DNA of 64,000 nucleotides from Bradymonadales bacterium (GCA_007693605.1 REDG01000051.1:6255-70254); one strand, 5' to 3'. Shown: positions 29,795 through 40,471, counted from the stretch's first letter. A program made the numbers and translations. Notes: generated from the letters alone by a model not told the origin.

Positions 29795-31689
29795 TTCGAT
29801 TCAAGGTCTTCCTTCCTGTCTTTGCTCTTTGCGTTTTGGTCTTCTGGTTCTTTAGTCTTCGATTTGACGCATGGCTCGCCCGCAGCATTGAGTCGGGAAT
29901 CAGTTCATTAACTCAAACGAAAACGGATGTTCGTCGATTGCAAACTCGCTTCTTCCCTCCGAAGCTTCAAATCGCCGGGCTTGAGCTGGCCTCTCGGTCA
30001 GAGCCTTTTAAGAATGTGATTGAGTTTGAAGAGATTCTGATGGAAATCGAACTTTGGCCACTTCTTAGCCGAAGGCTGGTCATTCGCGAGTTCTCCATCC
30101 GAGGGGTGGATTGGGGAACCGATAGAAAAACTTCGGGGCGTTTGGTCCGGCCAGAGAGAAGCCCGTCTTGGCTTTCCCCTTGGGTCACACAAGCAATGGG
30201 CGTACTACGGGAAGAGTTTGAAGAGCTACCAGTCGCCCGATTGGCCGACTTTCGCATTCCAGAAAACCCCCAAGAAATTCTTAACCTTCTATCGCTTGAG
30301 TCCGAATCCGCCTTTCGAGAAGCGGGGGCAAAGTTTGAAGACGCAGAGACTCGATGGCGGGGGCGCTTTAGCGAATTGCGCGATTTACGGGATTATCAGC
30401 GATTCACGGGACAGTTTAGAGAGGCCACTCAAGATATTCCGAGAGATCCTCAGGGCATTGCCGAAAGACTGCGACTGGTTCAATCATCTATTGATTTTTT
30501 TCAAAGTGAGCGAGCCAGGGTTTCGGGTCTGATCTCAGAGCTACAAGAAGCCGCTGATGAGCTCGACGGAACTTACCGAGCGGCTCAATCGGCCTTTCGA
30601 ACGGATCTTGAGCGGGCAAAGGCTCAGATAAGCCTAGATCAGCTTCGCGTAGATAATTTAAGTCGATTGATTTTCGGGGCTCACTGGTTGGATCGGGCGG
30701 AGGCCGTGATTCAATATCAGCAGCTTCTTCGGCGGGCTTTGGCTTGGCGAGCGAGCGAGCAAAGACCAAATAGGCAGGTTCGTCCAAGGCAGAGGGGACG
30801 GGTGGTTCAGATTTTTTCTCCGAAAGCAGAGCCTGGCTTTGTTTGGGAGTTCTCTGAGTTCAGTGTTCGAGGTTTAGAGAGAGAGGAGGGCGATCGAGTC
30901 AGTCAAAGTTATGAGCTTCGTGTTCAAGGAGTGAATTCTTCGCCAAAGCTCTACGGAAAGCCCACCGAGATTGAGGTTCTGGGCCGCTTTCGCGAGAGTT
31001 TTTTGTCTTCGGCCAAACTCGAATTGTTTTTTGACTATACGACAGAGTCTTTAAAGGACCGCTATGAACTTTCTGCCGAGAACCTCAAAGCCTCGTTGAT
31101 TCCGGTTGGGGTGTCTCCAGTTTTTCCTCTGGCCATTCGAGAGGGTTCGGTCAGTGTTCGAACCGGATTTCATCGAGTGGGGGAGTCTTTGAGTTGGGTG
31201 AATCGTTTAGAGTTCTCCGGGGTGAGCTGGGACCTTCGAGAAGTGCCGCAGGTGGGCGCGGTGATTCCAAGCCTGTCTAGAATTTTGGAGTCGGTCGGCC
31301 GTTTTTGGCTAGAGCTTCGGTTTGAAATCCTGGATGGGAAGCTTCGATTTCTCGTGAGTAGTGATCTGGATGAACTGATCAAGCAAGGCGTTTTTCGAGA
31401 GTTAGAGCAGCAGCTTCAGGCCTTTTATCGGCGCCTTGAGCGCAACTTGGGCGAAAGAGTCGCTCGGGTGCGGGATCACGCAGAGACGCAAAAGAAGGAG
31501 TTTGAGAGAGAGATCGTTCAGGAGATTCAAAACCGAGAGCGTCTATTGCGATCAAGACTCGAAGAGGCTGAAAAGGCAAAGCAAAGGCTTGAAAGAGAGG
31601 CGCGAGCTCAGGCCGATCGTTTGCGTGAGGGGGTCGAAGATCGAGTTCGAGGGGCTGGCGAAGACCTGCTTCGGCGACTGCCTCGGTAG
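29791..31689 (+). CDS. TIGR03545-family (AsmA-like) protein
   Basis: N-terminal TM, EPFKNVIEF, WPLL..RLVI, GTDRKTSG, SSDLD, C-terminal coiled coil; follows the TIGR03546-like gene. Confidence 0.75.
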   Translation: MIRFKVFLPVFALCVLVFWFFSLRFDAWLARSIESGISSLTQTKTDVRRLQTRFFPPKLQIAGLELASRSEPFKNVIEFEEILMEIELWPLLSRRLVIREFSIRGVDWGTDRKTSGRLVRPERSPSWLSPWVTQAMGVLREEFEELPVARLADFRIPENPQEILNLLSLESESAFREAGAKFEDAETRWRGRFSELRDLRDYQRFTGQFREATQDIPRDPQGIAERLRLVQSSIDFFQSERARVSGLISELQEAADELDGTYRAAQSAFRTDLERAKAQISLDQLRVDNLSRLIFGAHWLDRAEAVIQYQQLLRRALAWRASEQRPNRQVRPRQRGRVVQIFSPKAEPGFVWEFSEFSVRGLEREEGDRVSQSYELRVQGVNSSPKLYGKPTEIEVLGRFRESFLSSAKLELFFDYTTESLKDRYELSAENLKASLIPVGVSPVFPLAIREGSVSVRTGFHRVGESLSWVNRLEFSGVSWDLREVPQVGAVIPSLSRILESVGRFWLELRFEILDGKLRFLVSSDLDELIKQGVFRELEQQLQAFYRRLERNLGERVARVRDHAETQKKEFEREIVQEIQNRERLLRSRLEEAEKAKQRLEREARAQADRLREGVEDRVRGAGEDLLRRLPR

Positions 31690-31720
31690 GACTTTTCTGG
31701 TTTATGGGCTCTTTCTCGCT

Positions 31721-31770
31721 TAGGGGCTTTAGTGACAATCCCCAATCAAGACTTGGGCGACAATCTCCTT
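31721..31770 (+). repeat. Degenerate right end of repeat family A
   Basis: TAGTGACAATCCCCAATCAAGACTTGGGCGACAATCTCCT resembles TATCGCCACTCCCGAATGCAGAGTTTGGCGACAGTCCCCT (48981-49020). Confidence 0.5.
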
Positions 31771-31815
31771 TGTGAAGTTGACATTCGACGCATTTCAGGC
31801 TGAAAGAGTTGGGTT

Positions 31816-31968
31816 ATGCCATCACCTACCTCAATTTCAGAGAATGTTCGTAAGCGAAAAAGAGCGATTCAGGGCCGTCGTCGCAAAAAAGAGAATGCGA
31901 AGAGGGGAACGATTAACTTTTATAAGGCTTTCGAGACTCCAGCGGCGGACGAAGCAGCAAAGGGCTAA
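31816..31968 (+). CDS. Small highly basic protein (50 aa)
   Basis: Translated by hand: MPSPTSISENVRKRKRAIQGRRRKKENAKRGTINFYKAFETPAADEAAKG; TTGACA at 31778; fills an otherwise empty gap. Confidence 0.6.
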   Translation: MPSPTSISENVRKRKRAIQGRRRKKENAKRGTINFYKAFETPAADEAAKG

Positions 31969-32000
31969 AAGCCGTACGGAGAAGTGGGCAGCGACTGCCC

Positions 32001-33332
32001 TCAGGTTTTCAGCGCGAAGTTTCTTTCCACAAAATCAAGAGCCTCGTCTTTGGTCTTGAGTTGTCCGTCTAGTTGTAGGCTTTCTACTTCAGTTAAGATT
32101 TCCTTAAATTTTGGTCCTGGCGAAAAGCCCATGGCGATAAGGTCTTGGCCTGAGATCAGGGCCGGGGGCCGCAGGTCTTCGACTTTGAGCTCACTGAGAG
32201 CGGCTTGGCAGAAGTGGTAAAGATCTAAGTTCTGATGAGAGGCGAGGCAGTCGATTCGGTGAAGTTCTAAATGCCAATCAAAGTGCTCTTGTCGCAGAAA
32301 CCTTTTCAGAGTGGAGGGTCGCATTTTCTTCACATCCGCAAATTTCAAATGATCTCGAACCAGAGCGTGGACGATTTCTCGAAATCGATTCGGGGCCTTC
32401 AGTCGTCTCAAGATCTGGTCGCTCATTTCAGCCCCTAAAGAGGCGTGGCCATTAAACCGAATTCGGTCGCCCTCCGCATGACTAAATGTCTGAGGCTTGG
32501 CAATGTCATGAAGCAAGCAGGCCCAGCCCAACTCTGGCGAGTGACCTTCTCGAATCTGCTTGAGAAGCAGCAAGGTGTGAACCCAAACATCGCCCTCGGG
32601 GTGATACTCAGGGGGCTGTTCCACTCCCTTCATCAAAAGAAGTTCTGGCAGAATTTCTGACAATAGATTCAAGTCGTCTAGCTGCTCGATCGCTCGATCG
32701 GCTCCCTGGCGAGAGAGCATTCGGCAGCATTCGTCAAAAATTCTTTCCTTCGAAATCTGGTGAATCTGAGGGGCCAGTTGTTGAATAGCCTGCTCCAGTT
32801 TCTTCTCTATTTTAAAGTCAAAACGAGCGCTGAATCGAACCGCTCGAAGCATTCGAAGATAGTCTTCCTTCAGTCGAGCCTCAGGCTCTCCAATCGCCCG
32901 AATCATTTTTGCGGCAAGATCCTTTTGGCCGCCCACCCAGTCGTGAACCTCATTGGAAAGGGGGTCCCAAAGCATTCCGTTGATACTAAAGTCGCGTCGT
33001 TGAACATCTTCTTGAGCCGTGGCGCGTTCCACCCGTTCGGGTCGCCGACCGTCTTTGATGCCCAGATCCTTTCGAAATGTTGCCGCCTCCACTTGGTAGG
33101 GCTTTTGGGGGTGCTCAGAGAGCAAAATCAAAACATTGAAGGCTTCTCCCACCAGCACGGTTCTCGGAAACAGGGCTTCCAGTTCGACGGGAAGAGCGCT
33201 GGTCGCAATATCATAATCGATGGCCTCGTTCCCCATAAGATGATCTCGAACACAGCCCCCCGCAAAATAGGCTTCAAAGCCTGCCTCTCGAATTCGCTTT
33301 AGGCAGTCGATGGCAAAGTCCAATTTGGTCAT
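32001..33332 (-). CDS. cca: CCA tRNA nucleotidyltransferase / poly(A) polymerase family with HD domain
   Basis: AGGCVRD, DYDIAT, RRDFSING, EDYLRMLRAVRF, YHPEGDVWVH, LLHDIAK; start ATG 33332. Confidence 0.88.
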   Translation of the reverse strand: MTKLDFAIDCLKRIREAGFEAYFAGGCVRDHLMGNEAIDYDIATSALPVELEALFPRTVLVGEAFNVLILLSEHPQKPYQVEAATFRKDLGIKDGRRPERVERATAQEDVQRRDFSINGMLWDPLSNEVHDWVGGQKDLAAKMIRAIGEPEARLKEDYLRMLRAVRFSARFDFKIEKKLEQAIQQLAPQIHQISKERIFDECCRMLSRQGADRAIEQLDDLNLLSEILPELLLMKGVEQPPEYHPEGDVWVHTLLLLKQIREGHSPELGWACLLHDIAKPQTFSHAEGDRIRFNGHASLGAEMSDQILRRLKAPNRFREIVHALVRDHLKFADVKKMRPSTLKRFLRQEHFDWHLELHRIDCLASHQNLDLYHFCQAALSELKVEDLRPPALISGQDLIAMGFSPGPKFKEILTEVESLQLDGQLKTKDEALDFVERNFALKT

Positions 33333-33418
33333 CGAAATGAGGCTAGGCCCGATCGGCATAAACTGCAAGGCGGTCTCGGTAAACACTCTGTCGGTTTTGT
33401 CCCTCCGCCGCTTGAAGC

Positions 33419-33454
33419 TGGCGACACTCCCGAATCGAGAGTTGGACCATTTAG
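33419..33454 (-). repeat. Adjacent inverted fragments of repeat families A and B
   Basis: TGGCGACACTCCC (reverse complement GGGAGTGTCGCCA) followed by GTTGGACCATTTAG (reverse complement CTAAATGGTCCAAC). Confidence 0.5.
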
Positions 33455-33548
33455 TCAGAAATTTGGCGAGAATCTGATAATCTCCAGTTCTCAGAAGTTC
33501 GGCTCCGGAAGTGTGGCCATGGAATCCATTTTGGTTTAGCGTTCAGGC

Positions 33549-34706
33549 ATGAAAGACTGCTATATTTTTACAGCGAAACGAACCCCCATCGGGAGCTTTC
33601 TCGGTCAGCTCTCTTCGGTCTCTGCCCCTCAGTTGGGGGCCGTGGCGGCCAAGGCGGCCATCGGCTCCCTTCGTCCTGAAGAGATTCAAGAATGCATTAT
33701 GGGCTGTGTGCTGACGGCGGGACTGGGCCAGGCTCCGGCTCGGCAGGTGGCGATTTTTTCGGGCCTTCCAAATTCCGTTCCTGCGATCACCCTGAACAAA
33801 GTTTGTGGGTCAGGCTTGAAGGCGGTGACTCTGGCAGCTGATCGCTTGGCTCTTGATCGGTCTCAGGTGATTTTAGCGGGGGGAATGGAGTCGATGTCTC
33901 AAGCTCCCTTTCTTGTAAAAAATGCTCGTTCTGGCTTCAAGATGGGACATCAAGAGATGGTGGACGGCATGATTCATGACGGGCTGTGGGATGTTTACAA
34001 TCAATTTCATATGGGGGTGGCCGCTGAACTTTGCGTGAAGGAGTATCGCTTTAGTCGTGAAGAACAAGATCAGTTTGCAAAAGAGTCTTATGAGAGAGCG
34101 CTTCGAGCCATCCAGTCAGGAGAGTTTAAGCCAGAGATTGCGGAAGTTCCTGTCAAAAGCCGAAAGCAAGAGCTTTTGGTCTCTGAAGACGAAGAGCCCT
34201 TTCGAGCGGATCTTGAAAAAATGAGTAGTCTCAAGCCCGTCTTTGATAAAAGTGGAAGCGTTACGGCAGCGAATGCCAGCTCCTTAAATGACGGGGCGGC
34301 AGCACTGATTTTGTCAAACAAAGAGAGCCTTGGGGGTTTAAAGCCGATGGCTAAGATTCTTCATCAAGCGGAGTTTGCTCAGAAGCCCGAGGCCTTCACG
34401 ACAGCTCCCGTCTTTTGTGTAAAGAAGCTGCTTGAAGAGGCGAGCTTGAAGGTGAGTGATATTAAAGTTTTTGAAATTAACGAAGCTTTTGCGGCTGTAG
34501 CGATGGCCGCACAAAAGGATTTGGAGATTTCAAGAGACCAGTTGAACCCGAGAGGGGGGGCGGTGGCCTTGGGGCATCCGATCGGGGCCAGTGGCGCTCG
34601 GTTGTTGACCAGCTTGCTGTATCAGTTGGAACCGGGCGAAAAAGGAGTTGTTAGCCTTTGTATCGGAGGCGGCGAAGCCATCGCCGTTTTGGTCGAGAGG
34701 CTTTGA
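33549..34706 (+). CDS. atoB: Acetyl-CoA C-acetyltransferase (thiolase)
   Basis: RTPIG, NKVCGSG, GGMESMS, NDGAAA, EINEAF, GHPIGASG, CIGGG. Confidence 0.93.
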   Translation: MKDCYIFTAKRTPIGSFLGQLSSVSAPQLGAVAAKAAIGSLRPEEIQECIMGCVLTAGLGQAPARQVAIFSGLPNSVPAITLNKVCGSGLKAVTLAADRLALDRSQVILAGGMESMSQAPFLVKNARSGFKMGHQEMVDGMIHDGLWDVYNQFHMGVAAELCVKEYRFSREEQDQFAKESYERALRAIQSGEFKPEIAEVPVKSRKQELLVSEDEEPFRADLEKMSSLKPVFDKSGSVTAANASSLNDGAAALILSNKESLGGLKPMAKILHQAEFAQKPEAFTTAPVFCVKKLLEEASLKVSDIKVFEINEAFAAVAMAAQKDLEISRDQLNPRGGAVALGHPIGASGARLLTSLLYQLEPGEKGVVSLCIGGGEAIAVLVERL

Positions 34707-34717
34707 GAGGAGAAGTT

Positions 34718-35584
34718 GTGGCACTAGCGTTCAAAGAGATTGGAGTTGTGGGAGCGGGGCAAATGGGAAGCGGAATTGCTCAAGTCTGCGCCACTTATGG
34801 GGCAAATCTGAAGCTCTACGATGTTTCTGCAGAGGCCCTCGAGAAGGCTCGGGCCAGTATCGAGAAGAGTTTGGGCAAGCTCGCTGAGAAGGGAAAGATT
34901 AGCGCATCCCCCTCAGAAGTCCTTTCAAGAATCTCGCTCGTAAAAGACTTGAAAGATTTCTCTGAAGTCGGTCTCGCCATCGAGGCCGCAACGGAAAATC
35001 TCAGTTTGAAAGAGAAGATTTTCTCTGATTTAGACCGCATCTTAGATTCGAAGAGCATTCTCGCCACCAATACCTCGTCTATTAGCATTACTCGATTGGC
35101 GGCCAAGACGATAAGGCCAGAGAAGGTCGTTGGGCTTCACTTTATGAATCCGGTTCCCATCATGAAACTCGTGGAGCTGATTTCCGGTCAAAGAACTTCG
35201 CGGGAGACTCTGAAGGCCGTTGAGGATTTGGTTCGAAGCATGGATAAAATCGAGATTCACTCGAAGGACTATCCTGGCTTTATCGTGAATCGAATTTTGA
35301 TGCCCATGATCAACGAAGCCTGCTTTGCTTTGTTTGAGGGCGTGGGGACGGCAGCAGACATTGATCAAGGTATGAAGCTTGGCACCAATCATCCGATGGG
35401 ACCTCTCGAGTTGGCGGACTTTATTGGGCTAGACACTTGTTTGGCAATTATGGAAGTTCTTTACCAGGGCTTCGGAGATAGCAAGTACCGAGCCTGTCCA
35501 CTCTTAAGAAACTTGGTGGAGGCGGGCTGCTTGGGCCGCAAGTCCGGTCGGGGTTTCTATGATTATTCCGGAGGAAAAGCATGA
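34718..35584 (+). CDS. hbd: 3-hydroxybutyryl-CoA dehydrogenase
   Basis: GAGQMGSGIAQ, EAATE, TNTSS, HFMNP, PGFIVNR, HPMGPL; GTG start after AGGAG. Confidence 0.92.
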   Translation: MALAFKEIGVVGAGQMGSGIAQVCATYGANLKLYDVSAEALEKARASIEKSLGKLAEKGKISASPSEVLSRISLVKDLKDFSEVGLAIEAATENLSLKEKIFSDLDRILDSKSILATNTSSISITRLAAKTIRPEKVVGLHFMNPVPIMKLVELISGQRTSRETLKAVEDLVRSMDKIEIHSKDYPGFIVNRILMPMINEACFALFEGVGTAADIDQGMKLGTNHPMGPLELADFIGLDTCLAIMEVLYQGFGDSKYRACPLLRNLVEAGCLGRKSGRGFYDYSGGKA

Positions 35585-36339
35585 GTTTGGTGGGCGTCAG
35601 GCAAGAAGCTTCCATTGCCTATTTAGAAATTCAACGACCGGAGGCTTTGAATGCCCTGAATCGAGAAGTCTTGCTGGCTCTTCAAGAGGCTATCTTGAAG
35701 CTGGAGTCTGTGAAGGTCGTTTGTTTGACGGGTTCCGGCGACAAAGCCTTTGTGGCCGGGGCCGACATCAAAGCGATGCAGAAAATGCGACCCAGAGAGG
35801 CGAGGGCCTTTGCTGCTTTGGGGCAGGGAATTTTTCGTCTCTTGCAAGACGCTCCATTTTTGTCTGTGGCTGGGGTGAATGGCTTTGCCTTAGGAGGGGG
35901 CTTGGAATTGGCCTTGGCCTGTGACTTGATCTACGCGACTCCTAAATCAAAGTTTGCACTGCCCGAGATCAATCTCGGTTTGGTGCCGGGCTTTGGAGGG
36001 ACTTCCACTCTATTGCAGCGGGTCGGCTTTCACTACGCCATGGAGATGATTTGCGGCGGAGAGATGATCTCTGCCGAGGAGGCTTACCGAAGGGGTCTTG
36101 TTCTGGACTTGCTGTCTGAGACCGACTGGAAGCAAGATTTAGATCAAAAACTTCGTGTCTTTGCCGAGAAGGGACCCGAGTCTTTGTTTCTGGCGCGGTC
36201 TTTGGTTCGTGCTCATTCTCAAACGGATCGAGATCGAGCTCAACAGTTAGAGAGAGAGAGTTTCGGAACTTTGTTTGATACGGGTGAGCCGCAAGAGGGG
36301 ATGACCGCCTTTCTTGAAAAAAGAAAGCCAAAGTTTTAG
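35581..36339 (+). CDS. crt: Enoyl-CoA hydratase (crotonase)
   Basis: ALNAL, AFVAGADI, NGFALGGGLE, PEINLG..PGFGG. Confidence 0.9.
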   Translation: MSLVGVRQEASIAYLEIQRPEALNALNREVLLALQEAILKLESVKVVCLTGSGDKAFVAGADIKAMQKMRPREARAFAALGQGIFRLLQDAPFLSVAGVNGFALGGGLELALACDLIYATPKSKFALPEINLGLVPGFGGTSTLLQRVGFHYAMEMICGGEMISAEEAYRRGLVLDLLSETDWKQDLDQKLRVFAEKGPESLFLARSLVRAHSQTDRDRAQQLERESFGTLFDTGEPQEGMTAFLEKRKPKF

Positions 36340-36410
36340 GGACGAGCCCGGCGATGGGGATTCTGGGCTGAGGGCATCTGTTTAGATCTATTTAGAGAGT
36401 GAGGAGAGTG

Positions 36411-37556
36411 ATGGATTTTGACTTAACCAACGAGCAGCAAGCGGTTCAGGAAATGGCGAGAGACTTCGCCAAACGAAAAGTGGCCCCTATTGCCGAGAAA
36501 CTAGATCGAGAGTCTCTCTATCCCAAAGAGCTGGTGTCAGAAATGGCCGGGCTGCAGCTGATGGGGATGTGTGTCGCCGAGGAGTATGGTGGCGCGGGTC
36601 TTGATATGCTGTCCTATGTATTGGCCCTCGAGGAAGTCTCGACCGCCTGCGCCTCGACAGGCGTCATTATGTCGGTGAACAACTCCCTCGTGTGCGAACC
36701 TATCGAGAAATTTGGAACAGAAGATCAGAAGAAACAGTTTCTAACGCCTTTGGCTAAGGGAGAAAAGTTGGGTTGCTATGCACTGACAGAACCTAATGCC
36801 GGCACTGACGCAGCCAATCAGCAAAGTCGTGCTGAGAAGAAGGGCTCGTCTTATCGAATCAGTGGGACCAAGCAGTTTATCACCAACGGAGCTGAAGCAG
36901 ACTTGGCCATCGTTTATGCCAGCACAGACCCGAGCAAGGGAAGCAAGGGAATCTCTGCCTTCATCGTTGAGGCGGATCGAAAAGGCTATAAGGTCGCGAA
37001 AAAAGAAAAGAAGTTGGGGATTCGAGGAAGTTCCTGTGTTCAGCTTGTTTTGGATGAAGTGGAAGTTCCAGAAGAGAACTTACTTCATCAAGAAGGTGAA
37101 GGATTTAAGGTGGCACTGAGCACTTTAGAGGTGGGTCGAATCGGAATTGCTGCCCAGGCTTTGGGCATTGGCTCTGCGGCCTTAAGCTGTGCGCTGGCTT
37201 ATAGTCAAGAGCGAGAACAGTTTGGTCAGAGAATTTCAAACTTTCAGGCTCTTCAGTTTATGATGGCTGATATGGCCACACGGCTGGAGGCGGCTCGGCT
37301 TTTGACCTATCGGGCAGCCCTTTTGAAATCAGAGGGCAAGCGAACGGCGAGAGAGTCGTCACAAGCGAAGCTCTATGCTTCTGAAATGTGCATGTACAAC
37401 GCCTGGGCGGCGCTTCAAATTCATGGTGGTTACGGTTATGTGGAAGACTATCTACCTGAGCGCTTGTTTCGTGATGCCAAAATATGTGAAATTTATGAGG
37501 GAACCAGTGAAGTTCAAAGGCTATTGATTGCAAGGACTTTGCTTAAAGAAGTTTGA
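36411..37556 (+). CDS. Short-chain acyl-CoA dehydrogenase
   Basis: [50 protein letters not shown]. Confidence 0.93.
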   Translation: MDFDLTNEQQAVQEMARDFAKRKVAPIAEKLDRESLYPKELVSEMAGLQLMGMCVAEEYGGAGLDMLSYVLALEEVSTACASTGVIMSVNNSLVCEPIEKFGTEDQKKQFLTPLAKGEKLGCYALTEPNAGTDAANQQSRAEKKGSSYRISGTKQFITNGAEADLAIVYASTDPSKGSKGISAFIVEADRKGYKVAKKEKKLGIRGSSCVQLVLDEVEVPEENLLHQEGEGFKVALSTLEVGRIGIAAQALGIGSAALSCALAYSQEREQFGQRISNFQALQFMMADMATRLEAARLLTYRAALLKSEGKRTARESSQAKLYASEMCMYNAWAALQIHGGYGYVEDYLPERLFRDAKICEIYEGTSEVQRLLIARTLLKEV

Positions 37557-37606
37557 GCCTTTTTGGTTGAGAGCCCTGAATTTTTTAAGAAGAAAGATCT
37601 GACCTG

Positions 37607-38755
37607 ATGAGAATCTCTCTTAGCGATGAGCAGCAGCAGTTTCAAGACTGGGCTAAGAAGTTTGCGGAGTCTTGCGTGAAGCCTCATGTCGAGCGCCATC
37701 AAACAGAGAGAATTCAGCCCGAGCTGTTGAAAGAGCTTTCATCGCAGGGCTGGATGGCCTTGACAGTCCCTGAAACTGAAGGGGGAGGGGGCTTAGACCC
37801 ACTTTCCTTTTCAGTCTGCATTCGAGAGTTGTCTCGAGTCTGTGCTTCAACCGCCATCACGGTGGCGGTCACCAATATGATTGCTGAGACTCTGGCCCGT
37901 GATGGAACAGCGGCTCAGAAGAAGAAATTTCTATCCTCCATTGTAAGCGGCAGTTCTTTGACGGCGAGCTTTTGCCTGACGGAGAACTCCAGTGGATCAG
38001 ACGCCGCCGCCCTGCGAACAAGGGCAGAGAAAAAATCTCGGCATTATGTCCTCAATGGAGAGAAGATCTATGTCACCAATGGGGCTTACTCAGGGGTTTT
38101 TTTGGTAATGGCCCGAACCTCTGAAACGCCAGGGGCCCAGGGAATTTCGGCCTTCATCGTCGAGAGAGATCAAAAGGGGCTTCATCTCGGAAAAGAAGAA
38201 GATAAGATGGGTTTGACGGCCAGTAGTACGATTCAACTGAGTTTAGATCAGGTGGAGGTGCCTGAAGAGAATCGACTTCTTGAAGAAGGGGAGGGCTTTA
38301 AGATTGCGATGCGCTCGCTGGATTCCGGCCGAATCTCGGTCGCCTCTCAGAGTTTAGGCACCGCCGAGGCTGCGTTGGCGGCTGGTTTGCGCTATGTGAA
38401 GGAGCGAGAACAGTTTGGGAAGACTCTGTCGGAGTTTCAGGCCATTCAATGGAAGCTCGCGAATGCAGCGACAGAGCTTTCTGCGGCGGAGCTTCTGATC
38501 GCAAAGGCTTGTGACCTCAAGAGGAAGGGACGATCGTATACTCGAGCCGCCAGTATGGCGAAATTGTTCGCCACGGAGTCAGCCACGAGGGTTTGCAATG
38601 AGATGATTCAAATTTTTGGAGGCTATGGTTACATCAAGGAATATCCCGTAGAGAGATTTTATCGCGATGTTCGGGTGACCAAGCTTTACGAGGGTACGAG
38701 TGAGATCCAGAGGCTGGTGATCGCTAAAGATCTTTTGAAGGGAGCAGAGCTTTGA
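37607..38755 (+). CDS. Acyl-CoA dehydrogenase
   Basis: [43 protein letters not shown]. Confidence 0.92.
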   Translation: MRISLSDEQQQFQDWAKKFAESCVKPHVERHQTERIQPELLKELSSQGWMALTVPETEGGGGLDPLSFSVCIRELSRVCASTAITVAVTNMIAETLARDGTAAQKKKFLSSIVSGSSLTASFCLTENSSGSDAAALRTRAEKKSRHYVLNGEKIYVTNGAYSGVFLVMARTSETPGAQGISAFIVERDQKGLHLGKEEDKMGLTASSTIQLSLDQVEVPEENRLLEEGEGFKIAMRSLDSGRISVASQSLGTAEAALAAGLRYVKEREQFGKTLSEFQAIQWKLANAATELSAAELLIAKACDLKRKGRSYTRAASMAKLFATESATRVCNEMIQIFGGYGYIKEYPVERFYRDVRVTKLYEGTSEIQRLVIAKDLLKGAEL

Positions 38756-39270
38756 GACCGATTCGGGTGCTGATGGCGAAGTTGGGTTTAGACGGGCATG
38801 ATCGCGGGGCCAAAGTGGTGATGGCGGCATTAAGAGACGCGGGCATGGAGGTGATTTATTCGGGGCTTCATCAGACCCCCGCGGCTGTGGCCCGAGCCGC
38901 GGTGGAAGAAGATGTGGATGTGATCGGTTTAAGCATTCTTTCAGGGGCTCACAAAGACCTGGTGCCTCGTCTGGTTCAAGAGCTAGCTCAATTGGAGGCG
39001 GACTCCATACCCATTGCCCTGGGCGGCATTATTCCGGACTCCGATCGGAATCTTCTGAAGAAAATGGGGGTTCGGGCGGTATTCAGTCCGGGAACGCGGC
39101 TCGATGAGATTGTAGACTCGATTCGATCGCTTCGCGAAAAAAAGTCTGCGAAGTCCGGCTTAAAAAAGAGCGGGTCAAAGACGGGGAAAAAACCCCTCAA
39201 AAGCCTGAAAGCTAAAAAGAAAAGCCCGCCCAAAAACTCCAGGACTCTGAAGAAAGGAAAGCCGAAATGA
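38752..39270 (+). CDS. Stand-alone cobalamin-binding subunit of an acyl-CoA mutase, with Lys-rich C-tail
   Basis: [10 protein letters not shown] (DxHxxG), [20 protein letters not shown]. Confidence 0.88.
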   Translation: MRPIRVLMAKLGLDGHDRGAKVVMAALRDAGMEVIYSGLHQTPAAVARAAVEEDVDVIGLSILSGAHKDLVPRLVQELAQLEADSIPIALGGIIPDSDRNLLKKMGVRAVFSPGTRLDEIVDSIRSLREKKSAKSGLKKSGSKTGKKPLKSLKAKKKSPPKNSRTLKKGKPK

Positions 39271-40412
39271 ACTTTGAGTTGTCAGACGATCAAAAGGCCA
39301 TTCGAGACATGGCGAGGAGTTTTGCCGAAAGTCGATTGCGAGACAAAGCGGCTCAGTGGGATCAGACGAAGGAGTTTCCGCGCGAGATCATTCCAGAAAT
39401 GGCCGAGCTTGGCTTTATGGGGATGGGCATTCCTGAAGACTATGCGGGGGCGGGGCTCGATCTCCTCTCCTGCGCGTTGATCATGGAGGAAGTGGCGCGA
39501 CACTGCGGCTCAACTGCTCTTACTTTAGCCTCTCACAACGGTCTGGGTTCGAAGCATATTCTGCTGTTTGGATCAGAGGCTCAGAAGAAAAAATACCTTC
39601 CGGATATTGCCCAGGGTAAGAAGCTTTCAGCCTGGGCGTTGACAGAGCCCGGCAGCGGGAGTGACGCGAGTGGGCTGAAAACGACCGCCGTTTTAGAAGG
39701 CAATGAGTGGGTGTTAAATGGCTCGAAGGCCTTTATTACTCAGGGGTCGGTGGGGGATATCTATGTGGTGTTGGCGCTGACAACTCCTGAAAAAAAACAG
39801 AAGGGCATTTCTGCTTTTGTCATTGAGAGAGGCGCGAAGGGCTTTGTCGCCGGAAAGCCTGAAGACAAATTGGGTTGTCGGGCGAGTGATACTTCGACTC
39901 TGAGCCTTGAGAATGTGCGCATTCCCAAAGAGAATCTTTTGGGAGAGAAAGATCAGGGTTTTATCGACACCCTGAAGATTCTCGACCAAGGTCGAGTGAT
40001 TATCGGAGCGATGGCTTTGGGATTAGGGAGAGGGGCTTTAGAGGAGAGCCTAAAGTACGCCAAAGAGCGAGAGCAGTTTGGGAAGCCCATTGCAGATTTT
40101 CAGGCCATTCAGTGGAAGTTGGCCGATATGGCAACGGAGTTGGAGGCGGCAAGACTTCTGTTGTACAAGGCTTGCGCCAAACATGCAGCCGGCCAGCCCA
40201 TGAATACGGAAGCTTCGATGGCGAAACTTTTTGCTTCAGAGGCAGCCTTAAAGGCCTGTGACGAAGCGATACAGATTCACGGGGGCTATGGTTATATCAA
40301 AGACTATCCGGTGGAGCGCTACTGGCGAGACGCCCGCCTTTGCACCATCGGTGAAGGAACGAGTGAGGTTCAGCGCATGGTGATTTCAAGAAATATCTTG
40401 AGAGAGGCTTGA
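39267..40412 (+). CDS. Acyl-CoA dehydrogenase
   Basis: [47 protein letters not shown]. Confidence 0.93.
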   Translation: MNFELSDDQKAIRDMARSFAESRLRDKAAQWDQTKEFPREIIPEMAELGFMGMGIPEDYAGAGLDLLSCALIMEEVARHCGSTALTLASHNGLGSKHILLFGSEAQKKKYLPDIAQGKKLSAWALTEPGSGSDASGLKTTAVLEGNEWVLNGSKAFITQGSVGDIYVVLALTTPEKKQKGISAFVIERGAKGFVAGKPEDKLGCRASDTSTLSLENVRIPKENLLGEKDQGFIDTLKILDQGRVIIGAMALGLGRGALEESLKYAKEREQFGKPIADFQAIQWKLADMATELEAARLLLYKACAKHAAGQPMNTEASMAKLFASEAALKACDEAIQIHGGYGYIKDYPVERYWRDARLCTIGEGTSEVQRMVISRNILREA

Positions 40413-40436
40413 GCTTTCTGGAATTCAAATCCATCA

Positions 40437-40471
40437 CTAGTGGTTCAACCGGTAAATTTTTTCATGTTCTG
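40437..40471 (+). repeat. Repeat family B (IS-end-like)
   Basis: CTAGTGGTTCAACCGGTAAATTTTTTCATGTTCTG; related copies at 49944 and 63547. Confidence 0.65.

Noticed and set aside
31772-32059. 95-aa ORF in the track
   Set aside because: Overlaps the cca 3' end and has no motif; the 50-aa ATG ORF in another frame fits the gap better
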